This document shows, one piece after another, positions 42,044 through 53,316 of a stretch of DNA of 64,000 nt. The stretch is taken from NCBI GenBank assembly GCA_965644495.1, contig CBFFSA010000008.1, forward strand, positions 248,001-312,000, written 5' to 3'. Under the pieces are notes generated by a model. The model saw only the letters and a list, made by a program, of their open reading frames with translations, did no database searches and was not told where the DNA came from. Within the stretch, counting starts at the first letter, position 1; each line of letters starts with the position of its first letter. The DNA is from Perkinsela sp. CCAP 1560/9 (lineage: Eukaryota > Protista > Euglenozoa: Kinetoplastea). Position numbers and translations under genes: made by a program.

Positions 42044-44719
42044 CTATTCCACCAAACGTCCTTCTTGTTCTAGCTCTTTTAAAACATCTTCAAACGGAAC
42101 TGCAGTGTGATCAATATCAGGTACTGAACCGATTAGTTTTCTAGTAGAACTGTGTATCGAGTCTTGTGCATCTGGAACTGGACCTGAAGGAGCCGACGAG
42201 TCAACTGGCTCGTCAACAAGTCGTATGAGCGTCTCTGGCTTGGCATTTTTTGAATACTTACCATGACAGCATCGGCTAGAAGGAATTCTACCCCACGGAT
42301 GCGCCCGAATCGTTCTATAATTAGGATGTCGAGCTTTAAACAAGAGCTTTCGCCACATGAGATCTTTATAACGTAACGGAGGTCTCACGCCGAATTCCAT
42401 ACTGTTGTGAGCACGAACACGAAGTACCACGTCAGCACTGGGAGAGTAAAATGTAATCCACCCTAATCCATTGAAATATATGTCAGCTTTCGGATAGTTA
42501 ATGTTGTCGTCACATTCAAACAAAAACTTTTTTGTCTTTTTTAAGCCTTCCCGTACTGCATTAGGGTCATAAGGGGGCTTAAGTAGTGTTCCCGTATGCT
42601 GTCGCCACGTGTCTTCAGCCAGTTCTGTCTCAATTCGAAGGTGGGACACATCACGCGAGCAATAAACACCTGCAAGTAAACCATGATGACTGCACCTTAT
42701 CACATCTATGGCCACTAACCCACTCAAAAACAGTGTAAATTCCTGTGCAAGCTTATAGTACGTTGGTTTGAGTCGCTTTCGAGAGGGGACCTGCATTGAA
42801 CACTGTGCTTGCTCGCGAAGGTTCAGTACTGTTCGATGTTGCCAGCGCGGGATTACCCCAGGCGTGTCATATAGTGTGACATTCGCCGTCTTTGCAGCTA
42901 GGGGGATACCGACCATTCGTATCGTTGTACCGGGTATAGGGGACGTTGTGACTACTTTGGGTATTCGCATACGATTCGTGCCAAGAGGAATCCGCGGCAT
43001 GTCCGCCGGGGAGGCATGAGGAGGAATTTTCCATTTCGCCTCAAGTCGTGTCGTTCCGTCCACTTGAGCACGAAGGGAGTACTCCTTTGTGGCTCCTGGG
43101 TGGGGTGGCTGGGGAGCCGCATAGTAGCGCATGAGTGCATTCATCACGGAGGACTTGCCCACATTCGTGCAACCGACCAGGTAGGCATTGGTAGGTGCTC
43201 CCGGCAAGGAGCGAGTTATGTTTGTCAGCTGATCGATGCGATTTGCAAGTTGCTCCATATACCATCCATGCCGCGCGGATACAACCATAATGTCTTTTAA
43301 ATGTTTGGGCTGTACACGTAGGGGTCGGAGTTGGTCGTAGATCCATGCCCGGTAGTAGGAGTGACTCTGTGCTACTTTGCGGTATAGTTCCTGAGAGGTT
43401 TCCATCGGTGTTCGTTGAATGAGATCCAGTTTGTTCGCCACAAGAAGAATAGGATTATTCATACTGATTAAGCTAGGGAGGTCCTGAATTAACGTACCAT
43501 TGAAATTCGATAAGTCCGTAACAAGAACTATAAGACCCTTTTCGTCTCGAAGAGCGCTGAGCTGTTCTCGAAAGTCTTGAGCGGACATTATAGTGTCTTC
43601 TGTTGATGTGCGGTAATTCTTCAGGGCTCGACATCGTGAGCATACAACCGGATATAATTTACTAAAATGCATAGAACGAAATTCTTGATCAGTCATAAAG
43701 TCCAACCACTCTTCTCCATATTGCTTTCCGTTCTCGGCCCAGTGGCAGAGTAAGCGATACCTGCGTTCAGCATATTCTGTGCGGTCTTTCATTGTCATGC
43801 TGTACTTTGTGAGCCAGTCGTGTATATGGCGATGCGTAAGGTACCCGAATTCTTGTTCATTTTCGGATTGAAAAGCGGCACCACATCCAGGACAGGCGTC
43901 TACACCTATGGTAGGTATTTCAAAATGCGGTGTTGAAAAAGTAAGCACACTGCTTTTTTCTGCCTGTTGCTTTTCCATTTCACTGGCTGCCGCGTAATCG
44001 ATTCTTTGGCGCCCACCCCAAACAGAAAACCAGGATTCAAATTTACATTTAGCAGCTTGCAATTTGTTTGCTCTGGCGAACTCGTCATCGTCCAGCGTTG
44101 TCATTAAAACACCCTTCTCAAACTTGGATTCTAGGCTCTCCGCGTTTTTAGGCGTCGCGGGATCACGATTCACGCAAAGATGCATGATTTTATTGTACAA
44201 GGAGTTTAAGTGTTTATTTAACGGTTGAAGAGCGTCCCGCTGCTCGTCCTTCATAAGATAGTACTCAAGACCTTCAGGTATGATCTGGCGCTTTGATGGT
44301 ACAGAAGTGGCTTCAGGAAGAAGGGTGTGTGGTGATTTTTCTGCGAATGCTTGTAATTTCGATGACGCCCATTCTTGCACGGAAAGGGAGTCTGAGGCAT
44401 CGCTAGATGGCCTGAGATCGTGTGTTGATTGCGATTGCATCGTATTTGAAGTGATCTCCTCGGGTATCCTTTGCTCCACTGGAGTTGAAGAAATGAGCGG
44501 AAGACTCTCTTGCGCGGATACCTGCCCCATATACAAGCTCACTGGAGTTGAACTGCTAGTTTTACGCTTAGAAAATGGGGTGGATGCGGTATTCATCCCT
44601 TTCTCCGCAATTGTTGCTGTGGTTACCATAGTGACTGCACGGGAAGAACGTTTGGAGCGAGGCTTTTTCGTAAAAGATGAGACATACTTACCAAGCTGTG
44701 TATGTCGCGACAGAAACAT
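42044..44719 (-). CDS. NOA1: NOA1/YqeH-type circularly permuted GTPase (mitoribosome SSU assembly)
   Basis: Zn finger CPGCG...CSRC; G4 ANKLD, G5 VSA, G1 GCTNVGKSS, G2 PGTT, G3 DTPG in permuted order. Confidence 0.88.
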   Translation of the reverse strand: MFLSRHTQLGKYVSSFTKKPRSKRSSRAVTMVTTATIAEKGMNTASTPFSKRKTSSSTPVSLYMGQVSAQESLPLISSTPVEQRIPEEITSNTMQSQSTHDLRPSSDASDSLSVQEWASSKLQAFAEKSPHTLLPEATSVPSKRQIIPEGLEYYLMKDEQRDALQPLNKHLNSLYNKIMHLCVNRDPATPKNAESLESKFEKGVLMTTLDDDEFARANKLQAAKCKFESWFSVWGGRQRIDYAAASEMEKQQAEKSSVLTFSTPHFEIPTIGVDACPGCGAAFQSENEQEFGYLTHRHIHDWLTKYSMTMKDRTEYAERRYRLLCHWAENGKQYGEEWLDFMTDQEFRSMHFSKLYPVVCSRCRALKNYRTSTEDTIMSAQDFREQLSALRDEKGLIVLVTDLSNFNGTLIQDLPSLISMNNPILLVANKLDLIQRTPMETSQELYRKVAQSHSYYRAWIYDQLRPLRVQPKHLKDIMVVSARHGWYMEQLANRIDQLTNITRSLPGAPTNAYLVGCTNVGKSSVMNALMRYYAAPQPPHPGATKEYSLRAQVDGTTRLEAKWKIPPHASPADMPRIPLGTNRMRIPKVVTTSPIPGTTIRMVGIPLAAKTANVTLYDTPGVIPRWQHRTVLNLREQAQCSMQVPSRKRLKPTYYKLAQEFTLFLSGLVAIDVIRCSHHGLLAGVYCSRDVSHLRIETELAEDTWRQHTGTLLKPPYDPNAVREGLKKTKKFLFECDDNINYPKADIYFNGLGWITFYSPSADVVLRVRAHNSMEFGVRPPLRYKDLMWRKLLFKARHPNYRTIRAHPWGRIPSSRCCHGKYSKNAKPETLIRLVDEPVDSSAPSGPVPDAQDSIHSSTRKLIGSVPDIDHTAVPFEDVLKELEQEGRLVE

Positions 44720-45127
44720 CAAACAAAAAGAAGAATGGCACTCCTCTACTCAGTGATAGAATCTTATTAGCTACATGAAGAAATAATTTCAGCGACGCAA
44801 TTAATTAATTAAGGCAATGATATAAATTAAGTCAATGATAGGTAAAAAAAACTTTGATATACAAATGCCACGAACGAAGCATCTTTATCGTACTGTAGAA
44901 CTTAATTTGTTTTTAACTTTTAAGATTATGACTAGTCATCTCTGAAAATTAAGATAACGATTTATGTACATACACCGCGTATGTATAAATAAAATATGAA
45001 TTACAGAGAAGTATTTATTGCATAGATAAAAAAAGGAGGATACCCAAACATAGAACCGGGATAAAAACATGAGTTACCGCTTCTGGCATGCCCATTACTA
45101 AAGCTGATACGAGTATTAAGAACACAG

Positions 45128-46411
45128 TTATGTTACGGAAACAAAGCCGGAAACAATACTCAGCACGCCACATACTATCCCCATGCTTATCACAATGTAG
45201 TTCAGTATTTTCGTTGATTTTGAGAGCTTGTTACTAAAAATACAAGTGTGGAATAGGGAAGGCAGTATGAATGCTGTGGAGGCGGTTAAACCACCTCCAA
45301 TAGAACTTACAGGTCCGAACCCATGTGTGGCGAATGTAGCGCACACACCACTTGAGATCACTATGATCCATCTTACCAATGTCGTCACGTGGCGATACGT
45401 GCATATACGTGAGTACAAAGCAGATATTCCACGTTTCCGTCCAGGAATAGAATCTACAGGCTTTGCAGGCTCAAAAACGTGGAACACGGGGTACATAACT
45501 AGAGGATATCCGCAAACCAACATAAGACTCACGCACATGCGCAGAACGCTAAGGACCGGGTTGTCATCAGGAAGGTTGAGAAAGAGCACCGCATTTGTGG
45601 ATTCTCCGAATGCAGCGTAGACTAAAAAACTAAAGCCAACGAAAGACACGAAAGCAAGTAAGAAAGCCGACACTGCGGCAAATGCGTACCGCTTGCGAAC
45701 ATTCAAGGGCGTGTCTTGAATGAGCTCCAACGTTTCGACGTGTGCAGCGAACGCGAAAACCAGAATTCCGAATGCCTCAAAGGCACCTGTGAAAGTGGTA
45801 TAAGGAGAGATGCGATCAAACAAAACTCCATGTATCCGAAGCGCGTGGTACAAAACAGCACCTATGCCACTAAAGAAAGCAATATTTCCAAGAGCAGAAG
45901 TAAGGCTTAAATGCTTTGTTGACTTTGGCACACAGAGAAACATCTCTATCAGGGTAATTATTATCACCATAACCCTGTGGTCCCATTGAGGTGCAATGAT
46001 GGGGGTGGAGTTTTCGGCAATGAATATAATGTACGTGACGCATGCAATCCATTGACAAGGAACAATGCAAAGAAAAGCAACGAGAGGTCCGGAAACTGAA
46101 TTTTGAAACGATCGTCGCGCAAGCTCAACGTACCCAATGTGTGTGGTGTTGTTTAATGTTGAGGTTGTGTCGTACGTTGTGTTGCTAACTTCGCTGAGAT
46201 GAGCTCTTTTTTCTATCTCCTCATCTGATACCTTTAGGGCACAGGCACATACTTGCAGCACTGCACGTACGGTGCAAAGCCATACGATTGTGACAAGAAG
46301 AAGACCTACGGCCCATCCAGCCCGCATGAAACAGTATGGCATAGCAAGAACTCCGGTTCCTGACACCGACTTAAAAATGCTCAAGAAAAGTCCAAATACA
46401 GAACCTTTCAT
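45128..46411 (-). CDS. Amino acid transporter (AAAP/Aa_trans family)
   Basis: FKSVSGTGVLAMPYCF..AGW, ~11 TM helices, YAAFG, ILP.LF. Confidence 0.92.
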   Translation of the reverse strand: MKGSVFGLFLSIFKSVSGTGVLAMPYCFMRAGWAVGLLLVTIVWLCTVRAVLQVCACALKVSDEEIEKRAHLSEVSNTTYDTTSTLNNTTHIGYVELARRSFQNSVSGPLVAFLCIVPCQWIACVTYIIFIAENSTPIIAPQWDHRVMVIIITLIEMFLCVPKSTKHLSLTSALGNIAFFSGIGAVLYHALRIHGVLFDRISPYTTFTGAFEAFGILVFAFAAHVETLELIQDTPLNVRKRYAFAAVSAFLLAFVSFVGFSFLVYAAFGESTNAVLFLNLPDDNPVLSVLRMCVSLMLVCGYPLVMYPVFHVFEPAKPVDSIPGRKRGISALYSRICTYRHVTTLVRWIIVISSGVCATFATHGFGPVSSIGGGLTASTAFILPSLFHTCIFSNKLSKSTKILNYIVISMGIVCGVLSIVSGFVSVT

Positions 46412-46776
46412 TGGGGAAATTTAACTACAGTAAAAAAATGTATTGTTCCTATCAATATTTTCGTAACCACTTTGAGATGTGAGAAAAAGGTGAAAAAAAT
46501 GAGCTGACCCTTTTAATAATCCCTTTGTACTTGACCCGTGCTACAACTTCGTAGGATTAATCATCTACCGTATACGTTGCGTTATTCTAGTGACATGGCC
46601 CGAAATTACAAATACAACACAGCATGTCAACTTCAGTGAGTTGTTCTAGGAAAACAGATCTTTTTGAAAAGAGTATTTGTAGTAATAGAGAGATAGTCGA
46701 GTTCTTATAAATGAAATACGATAACGCAAAAGCTAATGAAATGTTTTTTGACCTGAGAAGGAATTTTCAATATTAG

Positions 46777-48447
46777 TCATACCTGCAAGCCAATACTTTC
46801 TATGCTGATTTTGGGAAGTACATCGTGCACTTCTTGGGCTATGCCCAGTAGATATTTGTCCATGACAACAGGAGGTAGATTTCCCACGTGCTGAAGTTTT
46901 TGAAAGGCTTCCGTGGGTGTGAAATAACCTATCCAAAGTAGAAGAGGCACCACGATGGTAGGAACGCTAATGTGAGGACATTCCTCGTGTGACAAAAGCT
47001 TATAAGCACGAACAAGAAGCCGAGTCACTGAAACAGTTCCTTGCTGAAGAATTATACAAAGGGCGTGAAGACTTCGCGAAAATAAGGAGAAAGAACGTAC
47101 CGCGGGCAAAGTTAAGCAGCGCCTACCGGAGGCATTTACCACTCTGAGCAAAGTAGAGCATTTTCTGTTGTGAGAAATTGAAGTTGACAACGTACGTATT
47201 GTCCATGCGGACTGTAGCGTATTCTCCCCGCACGCGATAATATCTTCGTAGACAGTGGCAATCAGTACGTCGACCAACATTGCACTGCGTGCTTGAAGAA
47301 TGCTTTTAGTGCTATTTCCAAAATCAAAGTAAATATCCCAAACCTTCTTTTGCTGTAGTAAAGAGAGAATAATATTCTCTTCTTCGTTTGTCCACACAAT
47401 CTGCAAGGACAGAGGATGCAGAACGCTTCCTGGTTTGTAACCTTCCGACTTTCGACAGGGCATCACAACATTCAAATATTTGGAGAAATGATGCTTTTCA
47501 TCAAAGTCCTTACTGGAAAGAAGCTCAACCATATCATCCTTCTTTGGCTTAGAATGAGCTTGTAAATTTGAAGACCGAGGCCCAATCTCTTCATTCGTTC
47601 CTTTGCCAGTAGAAGAGAGTATGTCCACATTTCCTCGCCATAATATCTCATCTTCGGCTGCTGGAAGGATTGAAGTTAAGGGGTCACATTCAGGAATTTG
47701 GGATGTTAATAAATTTACAACACTCTTTAAGTGTTTCGAGACATCATACTCGGTATCTTCGAGAATCGGCAAAGAATGCGACAAGAATTCACGTGATGGA
47801 CATGTATCCGGTTGTTGGTGCAGTATGTACCATGGAATATACTCTTTAATAGCTCTATGTATTTCAGAAGTACCGTCATTATCACAACCCCCCAATTCAT
47901 CACACCAGAAATGTTCAGTCGAAAAAGAAGCATCTTCCTCTTTTCTGCAAATTTCCTCTATTTTTGTTTCAGAGTCAATAATACTGTTACCACTAGCTTG
48001 ATCATTGCGAGCATGTGGTAGGAGCTCCATTCCGTTATCGAACCCGTAACGAGTAATTTCATCTGTTTCGATATTATTTACTGAATGTGCACCTTGTTTA
48101 CATGATTTTATAGTATCATAAAGGCTATTTCCGAGAGAAGCACACCCAAACGAGTCTGCTTCCTTTTCGATAACACGATAAGTCACTCCAGACTGGGATT
48201 TAGCAACGCGCACCACCACAGTTGCTCTATTTATGTTATACCACGCAAGCTCTCCAGCGCCTTCTAGCAATTCACCCCCGCTAAATATAAGATGGAGTGC
48301 ACGAGACCCCCATCCAAAAACAAACTCATTATCTGCTATTTCGAATTGTGGATCCGAAAACTCCATGCCAACCTGAATGTACAAGTAAACGTACGTATCT
48401 GTCTGTGAACACCACCAAAGCTGCGCTTTTTGATTTCCAAAACTCAT
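46777..48447 (-). CDS. SHQ1: SHQ1-like H/ACA RNP assembly factor
   Basis: N-terminal CS domain, YGF motif, LVDVLIATVYE...GENTLQSAWTIRTLS...RRCLTLP.VRSF. Confidence 0.82.
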   Translation of the reverse strand: MSFGNQKAQLWWCSQTDTYVYLYIQVGMEFSDPQFEIADNEFVFGWGSRALHLIFSGGELLEGAGELAWYNINRATVVVRVAKSQSGVTYRVIEKEADSFGCASLGNSLYDTIKSCKQGAHSVNNIETDEITRYGFDNGMELLPHARNDQASGNSIIDSETKIEEICRKEEDASFSTEHFWCDELGGCDNDGTSEIHRAIKEYIPWYILHQQPDTCPSREFLSHSLPILEDTEYDVSKHLKSVVNLLTSQIPECDPLTSILPAAEDEILWRGNVDILSSTGKGTNEEIGPRSSNLQAHSKPKKDDMVELLSSKDFDEKHHFSKYLNVVMPCRKSEGYKPGSVLHPLSLQIVWTNEEENIILSLLQQKKVWDIYFDFGNSTKSILQARSAMLVDVLIATVYEDIIACGENTLQSAWTIRTLSTSISHNRKCSTLLRVVNASGRRCLTLPAVRSFSLFSRSLHALCIILQQGTVSVTRLLVRAYKLLSHEECPHISVPTIVVPLLLWIGYFTPTEAFQKLQHVGNLPPVVMDKYLLGIAQEVHDVLPKISIESIGLQV

Positions 48448-48916
48448 TGATTTTTTCGAGGTGAGATTAAAATTTGTGTTTCAATCACGCAAAGTTGGTT
48501 CACGCCTATTCCAAGACTGGTTGAAAAAGCTGGCGCAGCAGTGAAGTTACGTCATTCTAATAGAATCAAGATGTAGCATTCTAGGATCAACATGAAAGTA
48601 TGCGTGCACGGACACACATAATAATAAAACTTAATCGTATTCTTTGAATGGTCGCGTATTATTCCACATATACTAACATGTACTCTTTGCTTTTGCACAA
48701 CAATCAGTCTTGTAATAAAGAACGTTCGACTAAAAAGTATTATAAATCATGTGGTGGTGCAGCGGATAGACGTGTACGCCTGACACACGCGTATGGAACA
48801 CATGACGTATTGTTCAACTGAACGTTCGTGCAAGCAAACGTGCATATGCAGTATACTACTCACAGAATCTCAAAAATCTACGACACGAAAAGGTATGTTT
48901 TCTATAATAATTTCAC

Positions 48917-50098
48917 TTAAGGAATTGTGTATTCATGTGATTGTCCTTCAAGCTTCTTGGTTTCTGCAATTTTTCGCACAGCTTGATTAAAGTCCTCATT
49001 TAACACATGGTCACGTTCATCTCTTAGCGCGAACATGCCAGCTTCCGTGCATACATTGCGTAGATCCGCACCATTGAAACCTTCACTGAGACTGACGATT
49101 GACTCGTAATGGATCTCACCTTTGATGTTCAACTTGGCAGCATGTATTTTCAAAATATCGTCTCTTGCGGACTCATGCGGAAGCGAAATTTCAATTTTTC
49201 TATCCAGTCTTCCAGGGCGAAGCAGAGCAGAATCTAGTACGTCGGGCCGATTCGTCGCCATGATTGTCTTCACTCGCCCCAAGGCGTCAAAACCATCCAA
49301 CTGGTTCAACAACTCCATGAGTGTGCGTTGAATCTCACGATCGCTGCTTGTGCCTTCTATACGTTTCCCTCCGATGGCGTCAATCTCATCAATAAAAATC
49401 ACACAGGGCTCATGATCACGTGCATATGCAAACATTTCCCGCACAATACGCGCACTTTCTCCGATATATTTATCCACGATCGCACTGGCTACGACACGCA
49501 GAAAGCTTGCCTCAATGTTACTCGCAATCGCTTTAGCCAACAACGTCTTTCCCGTTCCCGGGGGGCCGTACAACAAAACCCCTTTCGGAGGCATAATACC
49601 GACGCGTTTAAAAAGCTCCGGGTTCACTAAAGGAAGCTCAATAACCTCGCGGAGCTGCCGCAGCTGCGACTGGAGACCACCGACTTCACGAAAAGAAATA
49701 TTGTCGACCGACTCCGCATGTTGAGACATTTTGTACACCAATGGATCAACCTCCCGGGGAAGCGTACGCATCACGGTAAGTGTTGTAATATCCAGCGCAA
49801 CACGAGTGCCTACTTTTAGTTTGGTCTTATCCACGTTAGCACGGATCCCGACCACGTAGCGTGGCCCACTAGAGGCTTTTACCATGGCCTGCTCGTCGGA
49901 TAGCACCCGCATAATCTCACCGGTAATTTGTCCGACACTTTGTAGGCTCTTTACATGCTCCTCACTTTGATCGTACTCACCTTTAGCATTTTTTATATTG
50001 TTCCGTAGAGTTTTCAAGCGCGTTTCAATAAGGTGGTGATCCTCCATCTTTTTGCGTAGTGCAACCACGGCTTCGTTTCTGGCAACCTCTTCCGGCAT
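48917..50098 (-). CDS. RPT4: 26S proteasome AAA-ATPase RPT4
   Basis: [60 protein letters not shown]. Confidence 0.97.
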   Translation of the reverse strand: MPEEVARNEAVVALRKKMEDHHLIETRLKTLRNNIKNAKGEYDQSEEHVKSLQSVGQITGEIMRVLSDEQAMVKASSGPRYVVGIRANVDKTKLKVGTRVALDITTLTVMRTLPREVDPLVYKMSQHAESVDNISFREVGGLQSQLRQLREVIELPLVNPELFKRVGIMPPKGVLLYGPPGTGKTLLAKAIASNIEASFLRVVASAIVDKYIGESARIVREMFAYARDHEPCVIFIDEIDAIGGKRIEGTSSDREIQRTLMELLNQLDGFDALGRVKTIMATNRPDVLDSALLRPGRLDRKIEISLPHESARDDILKIHAAKLNIKGEIHYESIVSLSEGFNGADLRNVCTEAGMFALRDERDHVLNEDFNQAVRKIAETKKLEGQSHEYTIP

Positions 50099-50238
50099 GT
50101 TCTAATAGTATGTTAGTTGATTACCAATATTACACAACTAAAAGTCAATAGAATAGAGAGTTCTATACGGCAGGTAAGTGTTCGAACAAAAAAAAAGTTT
50201 ACGAAATAATGTAACATCGCACACTGATCTTGAGTACC

Positions 50239-51150
50239 TCACATTTGCACTGTGTGATCCTGATGAAAAGCACATATGTTTTCAAACTTCATGTCGATCT
50301 CGCCATCAGTCGTCATGTTTGATAATCTACATGGATAGTCTCCGCGCGCATCTCTTCTTATACGAATTTTGGCAGTCGCCGTGATGAGATTCTTCTGAAC
50401 AACTTCACCAAGGGCTGTTGTCTCCAATTGTTGTTTATTGGGTTGTAAGTCCTCATTGTTCATTGAATAATATTGAATAATTTTTACTAAGGAGCCTGAA
50501 TTGCCAATGACTGTGTCCAAACATTCGACTCTTGAAATAACTATGGAGGGCTCGAGTGGGTTGTTCATCTTTTGCACCGCTTCAAGCAGCGCGTATCCTT
50601 CATCCAACAGATGTAGAACCATGTATTTAGCGTTCTCTACGACAGAATCGCTTTTTTCTCCCCTAGCACGGACTATTAATCCTGGTGTGAGCCACTTACA
50701 ATGCTTTTGAATTTCTGCCTTCATGCTTCGTAGTTCGCCGAATGCAACACGTCGCAGATTGTTGGCATGGACGTGAATAAACGATGCTGATGTGGATACT
50801 GTCCCTGGAGAAGACAGGACTTTAACCCATGTGCTGCGTAGCCAGGGAGTCAGTCGAATGCACACGGTGCCCTCACCAGCGTTGCTCTTAGACCTCACAA
50901 CAGTTCCTTGCAAACCTGTATACGTGCCGTCCGTCACTTTCACACACTGGCCGGGAGTGCGAATCGAGATTTCTGTAGGAGCCCCCAATCCAAGTCCCTG
51001 TGGCCTTGCGGAAGGCGCTTTACTTTCCAACTCCTTGCTCTCATTCGAGATTTGTGCATTGGCGTAGCACTCTCGAGTTGATTTTTTCTTCAGTCTAGCA
51101 AAGAGATTGGCACCAAATTCCGCCTGCTTAACTTCATCGGAACTCTTCAT
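50239..51150 (-). CDS. GPKOW/Spp2/MOS2-like splicing factor (degenerate G-patch plus KOW)
   Basis: EFGANL, RPQGLGLGA, KOW-like GQCVKVTDGTYTGLQGTV, WLTPGLIVR, LDTVI. Confidence 0.7.
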   Translation of the reverse strand: MKSSDEVKQAEFGANLFARLKKKSTRECYANAQISNESKELESKAPSARPQGLGLGAPTEISIRTPGQCVKVTDGTYTGLQGTVVRSKSNAGEGTVCIRLTPWLRSTWVKVLSSPGTVSTSASFIHVHANNLRRVAFGELRSMKAEIQKHCKWLTPGLIVRARGEKSDSVVENAKYMVLHLLDEGYALLEAVQKMNNPLEPSIVISRVECLDTVIGNSGSLVKIIQYYSMNNEDLQPNKQQLETTALGEVVQKNLITATAKIRIRRDARGDYPCRLSNMTTDGEIDMKFENICAFHQDHTVQM

Positions 51151-51580
51151 ACGTATGACATAAACTCACGCATATTATACACATTGTACTTACTACGTGT
51201 TATTACGCCAAAGAAGATACTTGTGTACTAGTAATTTTAAAATTTAAATTTTAATACTTTTCCATCAATACTAAATTCTATCTAATTACTGTAGATTTAA
51301 ACAAATTTAAGAGAAGCCCTGAGAGAGTAAGAGCAGGTTTTGTAAGATTTGGGTTATAAACTTTATGCTTAGTAGTACACTACCTAGTATACTGTACGAT
51401 ACGATGCTAGAATTCTAAAACTAGTGCTATTGTAACATGACCAACGCACAATTGCTGGTAAGGCAGAAGAATGTTATAAATTCCCCCCTTCCAAGGTTTT
51501 TCAACAGCGCAGCAGCAAAAAAATACTCGACGTGCCGAACTTTTCGCAAGATTTGCGTAGGCCACCTTCGTTGAGCCACT

Positions 51581-52912
51581 TCAGTTCTTCGTATATCTTT
51601 TGCTCTGGCGTGTGTGAGGACCTCTCTCTGCGTAGTGGTGACGAATCTTGTGGTGATTCGGTCCATGAGCCTTCTTCAGCCTGTAAATATGCTCCTTAAG
51701 GGTCGGTAAGCGAATGGGGACCAATGAGTTCAAATAAGCTTGTGCGGAGTCGATATTGAAACAGAATGAGTGCAATAGAGCATCAAATCGATTATTCTTT
51801 CGTCTGCATAGCCTTTCGAATTCAGCCTTTAAAGCGGATGAACATAGCTCCGCCTCTATCTCATATAAGATTTCCGGAGGTCCAAGCTCTTTACTATTAT
51901 TGTTCTTTAAATGCATTCGGTAGTCTTGTGGCCGGTCGGACAAAGAGAATCTATTTTTACTGTCATTTGCTTCCCACTTCTTAACCTTTGTACAGTCGAA
52001 TTGCATAAAATTCCCAATTCTATACGTAATTCTGTGTTTGCTCCGTACTGCCTTCAAAGAACCGAATTCTGGGTGAATCTTTAAATATTTATCTCTTTCT
52101 AAATAAAGTGAAGTTGTAGAACTGGGATTCGCTTTGTTTGTCCCACCCTCAGCAGATGCTGCTCTGTTTTCATTTGCTGTCAAGCTAATATATTCCTCTG
52201 TAGACACTTGATAACGTAAGCAACTCGACGAAATCGCATGCGTTTTCACAAGTGGAGCCATTAAAGCATTTTTCTCGCTTTTAGATAATGACTTGGCGTA
52301 TTTGTTGTCCGGTTCAAATCTTTTTTTACGAATTATTGCTACACGATTACCGTCTGAATCGTGAATGACACGGACTCCGTCTTCGTATATAAAATCTATT
52401 GAATCTGTTTCCAGGCGACGAACACTCGGTGTAACACGACCAGTAGTGCGCCTTGACATTTTCGTAGTTCGATTTCGAAACTTCATTTTGTTATACCCAG
52501 TTCGTCGTAGACGTTGACGGCCACACGTTTGTAGTGATGCAAGTAAACTCCTTACAAAATTTCGCGGTATGGAAGTGTTAAGTCGGAGGCACTGAGGCAG
52601 GGGACAAAAAACGGTACTGCTTGCGAAAGGCATTCTGGACGATTCTAAATGCGTACTTACTAACCTTGCAAATCGAGCTTCTACTTCAATAGACGCAGCT
52701 TTATTCAGGAGTAGTGCGAGGATAACTCTTTTGCGAAGGATTGACAAAACCGTATATGATTCATCGCTGCAGTCGCTTTTTGATGAGTTAACCTGTCGTA
52801 CTGGAACGCAAGTCGTATTGGCACCACCTCGGCTCGGTCTCCCCGAAAAAGAGTAACTTCGTGAAAATCGCATGAGAGGCGAGCATAACATTCGTGTCGC
52901 CGAACCACTCAT
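51581..52912 (-). CDS. Triphosphate tunnel metalloenzyme (CYTH/Cet1-like RNA triphosphatase)
   Basis: Motif A IEVEARF, RSKHRITY, FDCTKV, motif C YEIEAEL. Confidence 0.75.
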   Translation of the reverse strand: MSGSATRMLCSPLMRFSRSYSFSGRPSRGGANTTCVPVRQVNSSKSDCSDESYTVLSILRKRVILALLLNKAASIEVEARFARLVSTHLESSRMPFASSTVFCPLPQCLRLNTSIPRNFVRSLLASLQTCGRQRLRRTGYNKMKFRNRTTKMSRRTTGRVTPSVRRLETDSIDFIYEDGVRVIHDSDGNRVAIIRKKRFEPDNKYAKSLSKSEKNALMAPLVKTHAISSSCLRYQVSTEEYISLTANENRAASAEGGTNKANPSSTTSLYLERDKYLKIHPEFGSLKAVRSKHRITYRIGNFMQFDCTKVKKWEANDSKNRFSLSDRPQDYRMHLKNNNSKELGPPEILYEIEAELCSSALKAEFERLCRRKNNRFDALLHSFCFNIDSAQAYLNSLVPIRLPTLKEHIYRLKKAHGPNHHKIRHHYAERGPHTRQSKRYTKN

Positions 52913-53316
52913 TAGAAAGCAGTATTACGTTCTCTAGTATTCAGGATGAGTTATTTGGAGACTTGTACTAGAAAATCATTTTATAAACGAACTTCAGAAT
53001 ATCTTGCTTTAAAAACTACCTTACACATTACAAAGCGTTTCACTCAAAATTAATATTGAAACTAATATAACAATGGTGTAACATACACCCAACTAGCTAG
53101 CACTTTAGTTCAGTATTCAAAGATGTCCCAAGCTCAAAACTATAATGAGATCACCTCAAAGCATGTGTATGTGTCAAACGTTCTCGGGTTCGAAACTTAG
53201 AATTCGACTTGTGCAAACAGCCCAATCAAAACAAAAATTAAATGCAAGGTTAGAAGTTCAGTCGTATTGCAAACCCATCAATTCAGGATAGTTCAAATTT
53301 TTCTTCGTTGTCCGCA

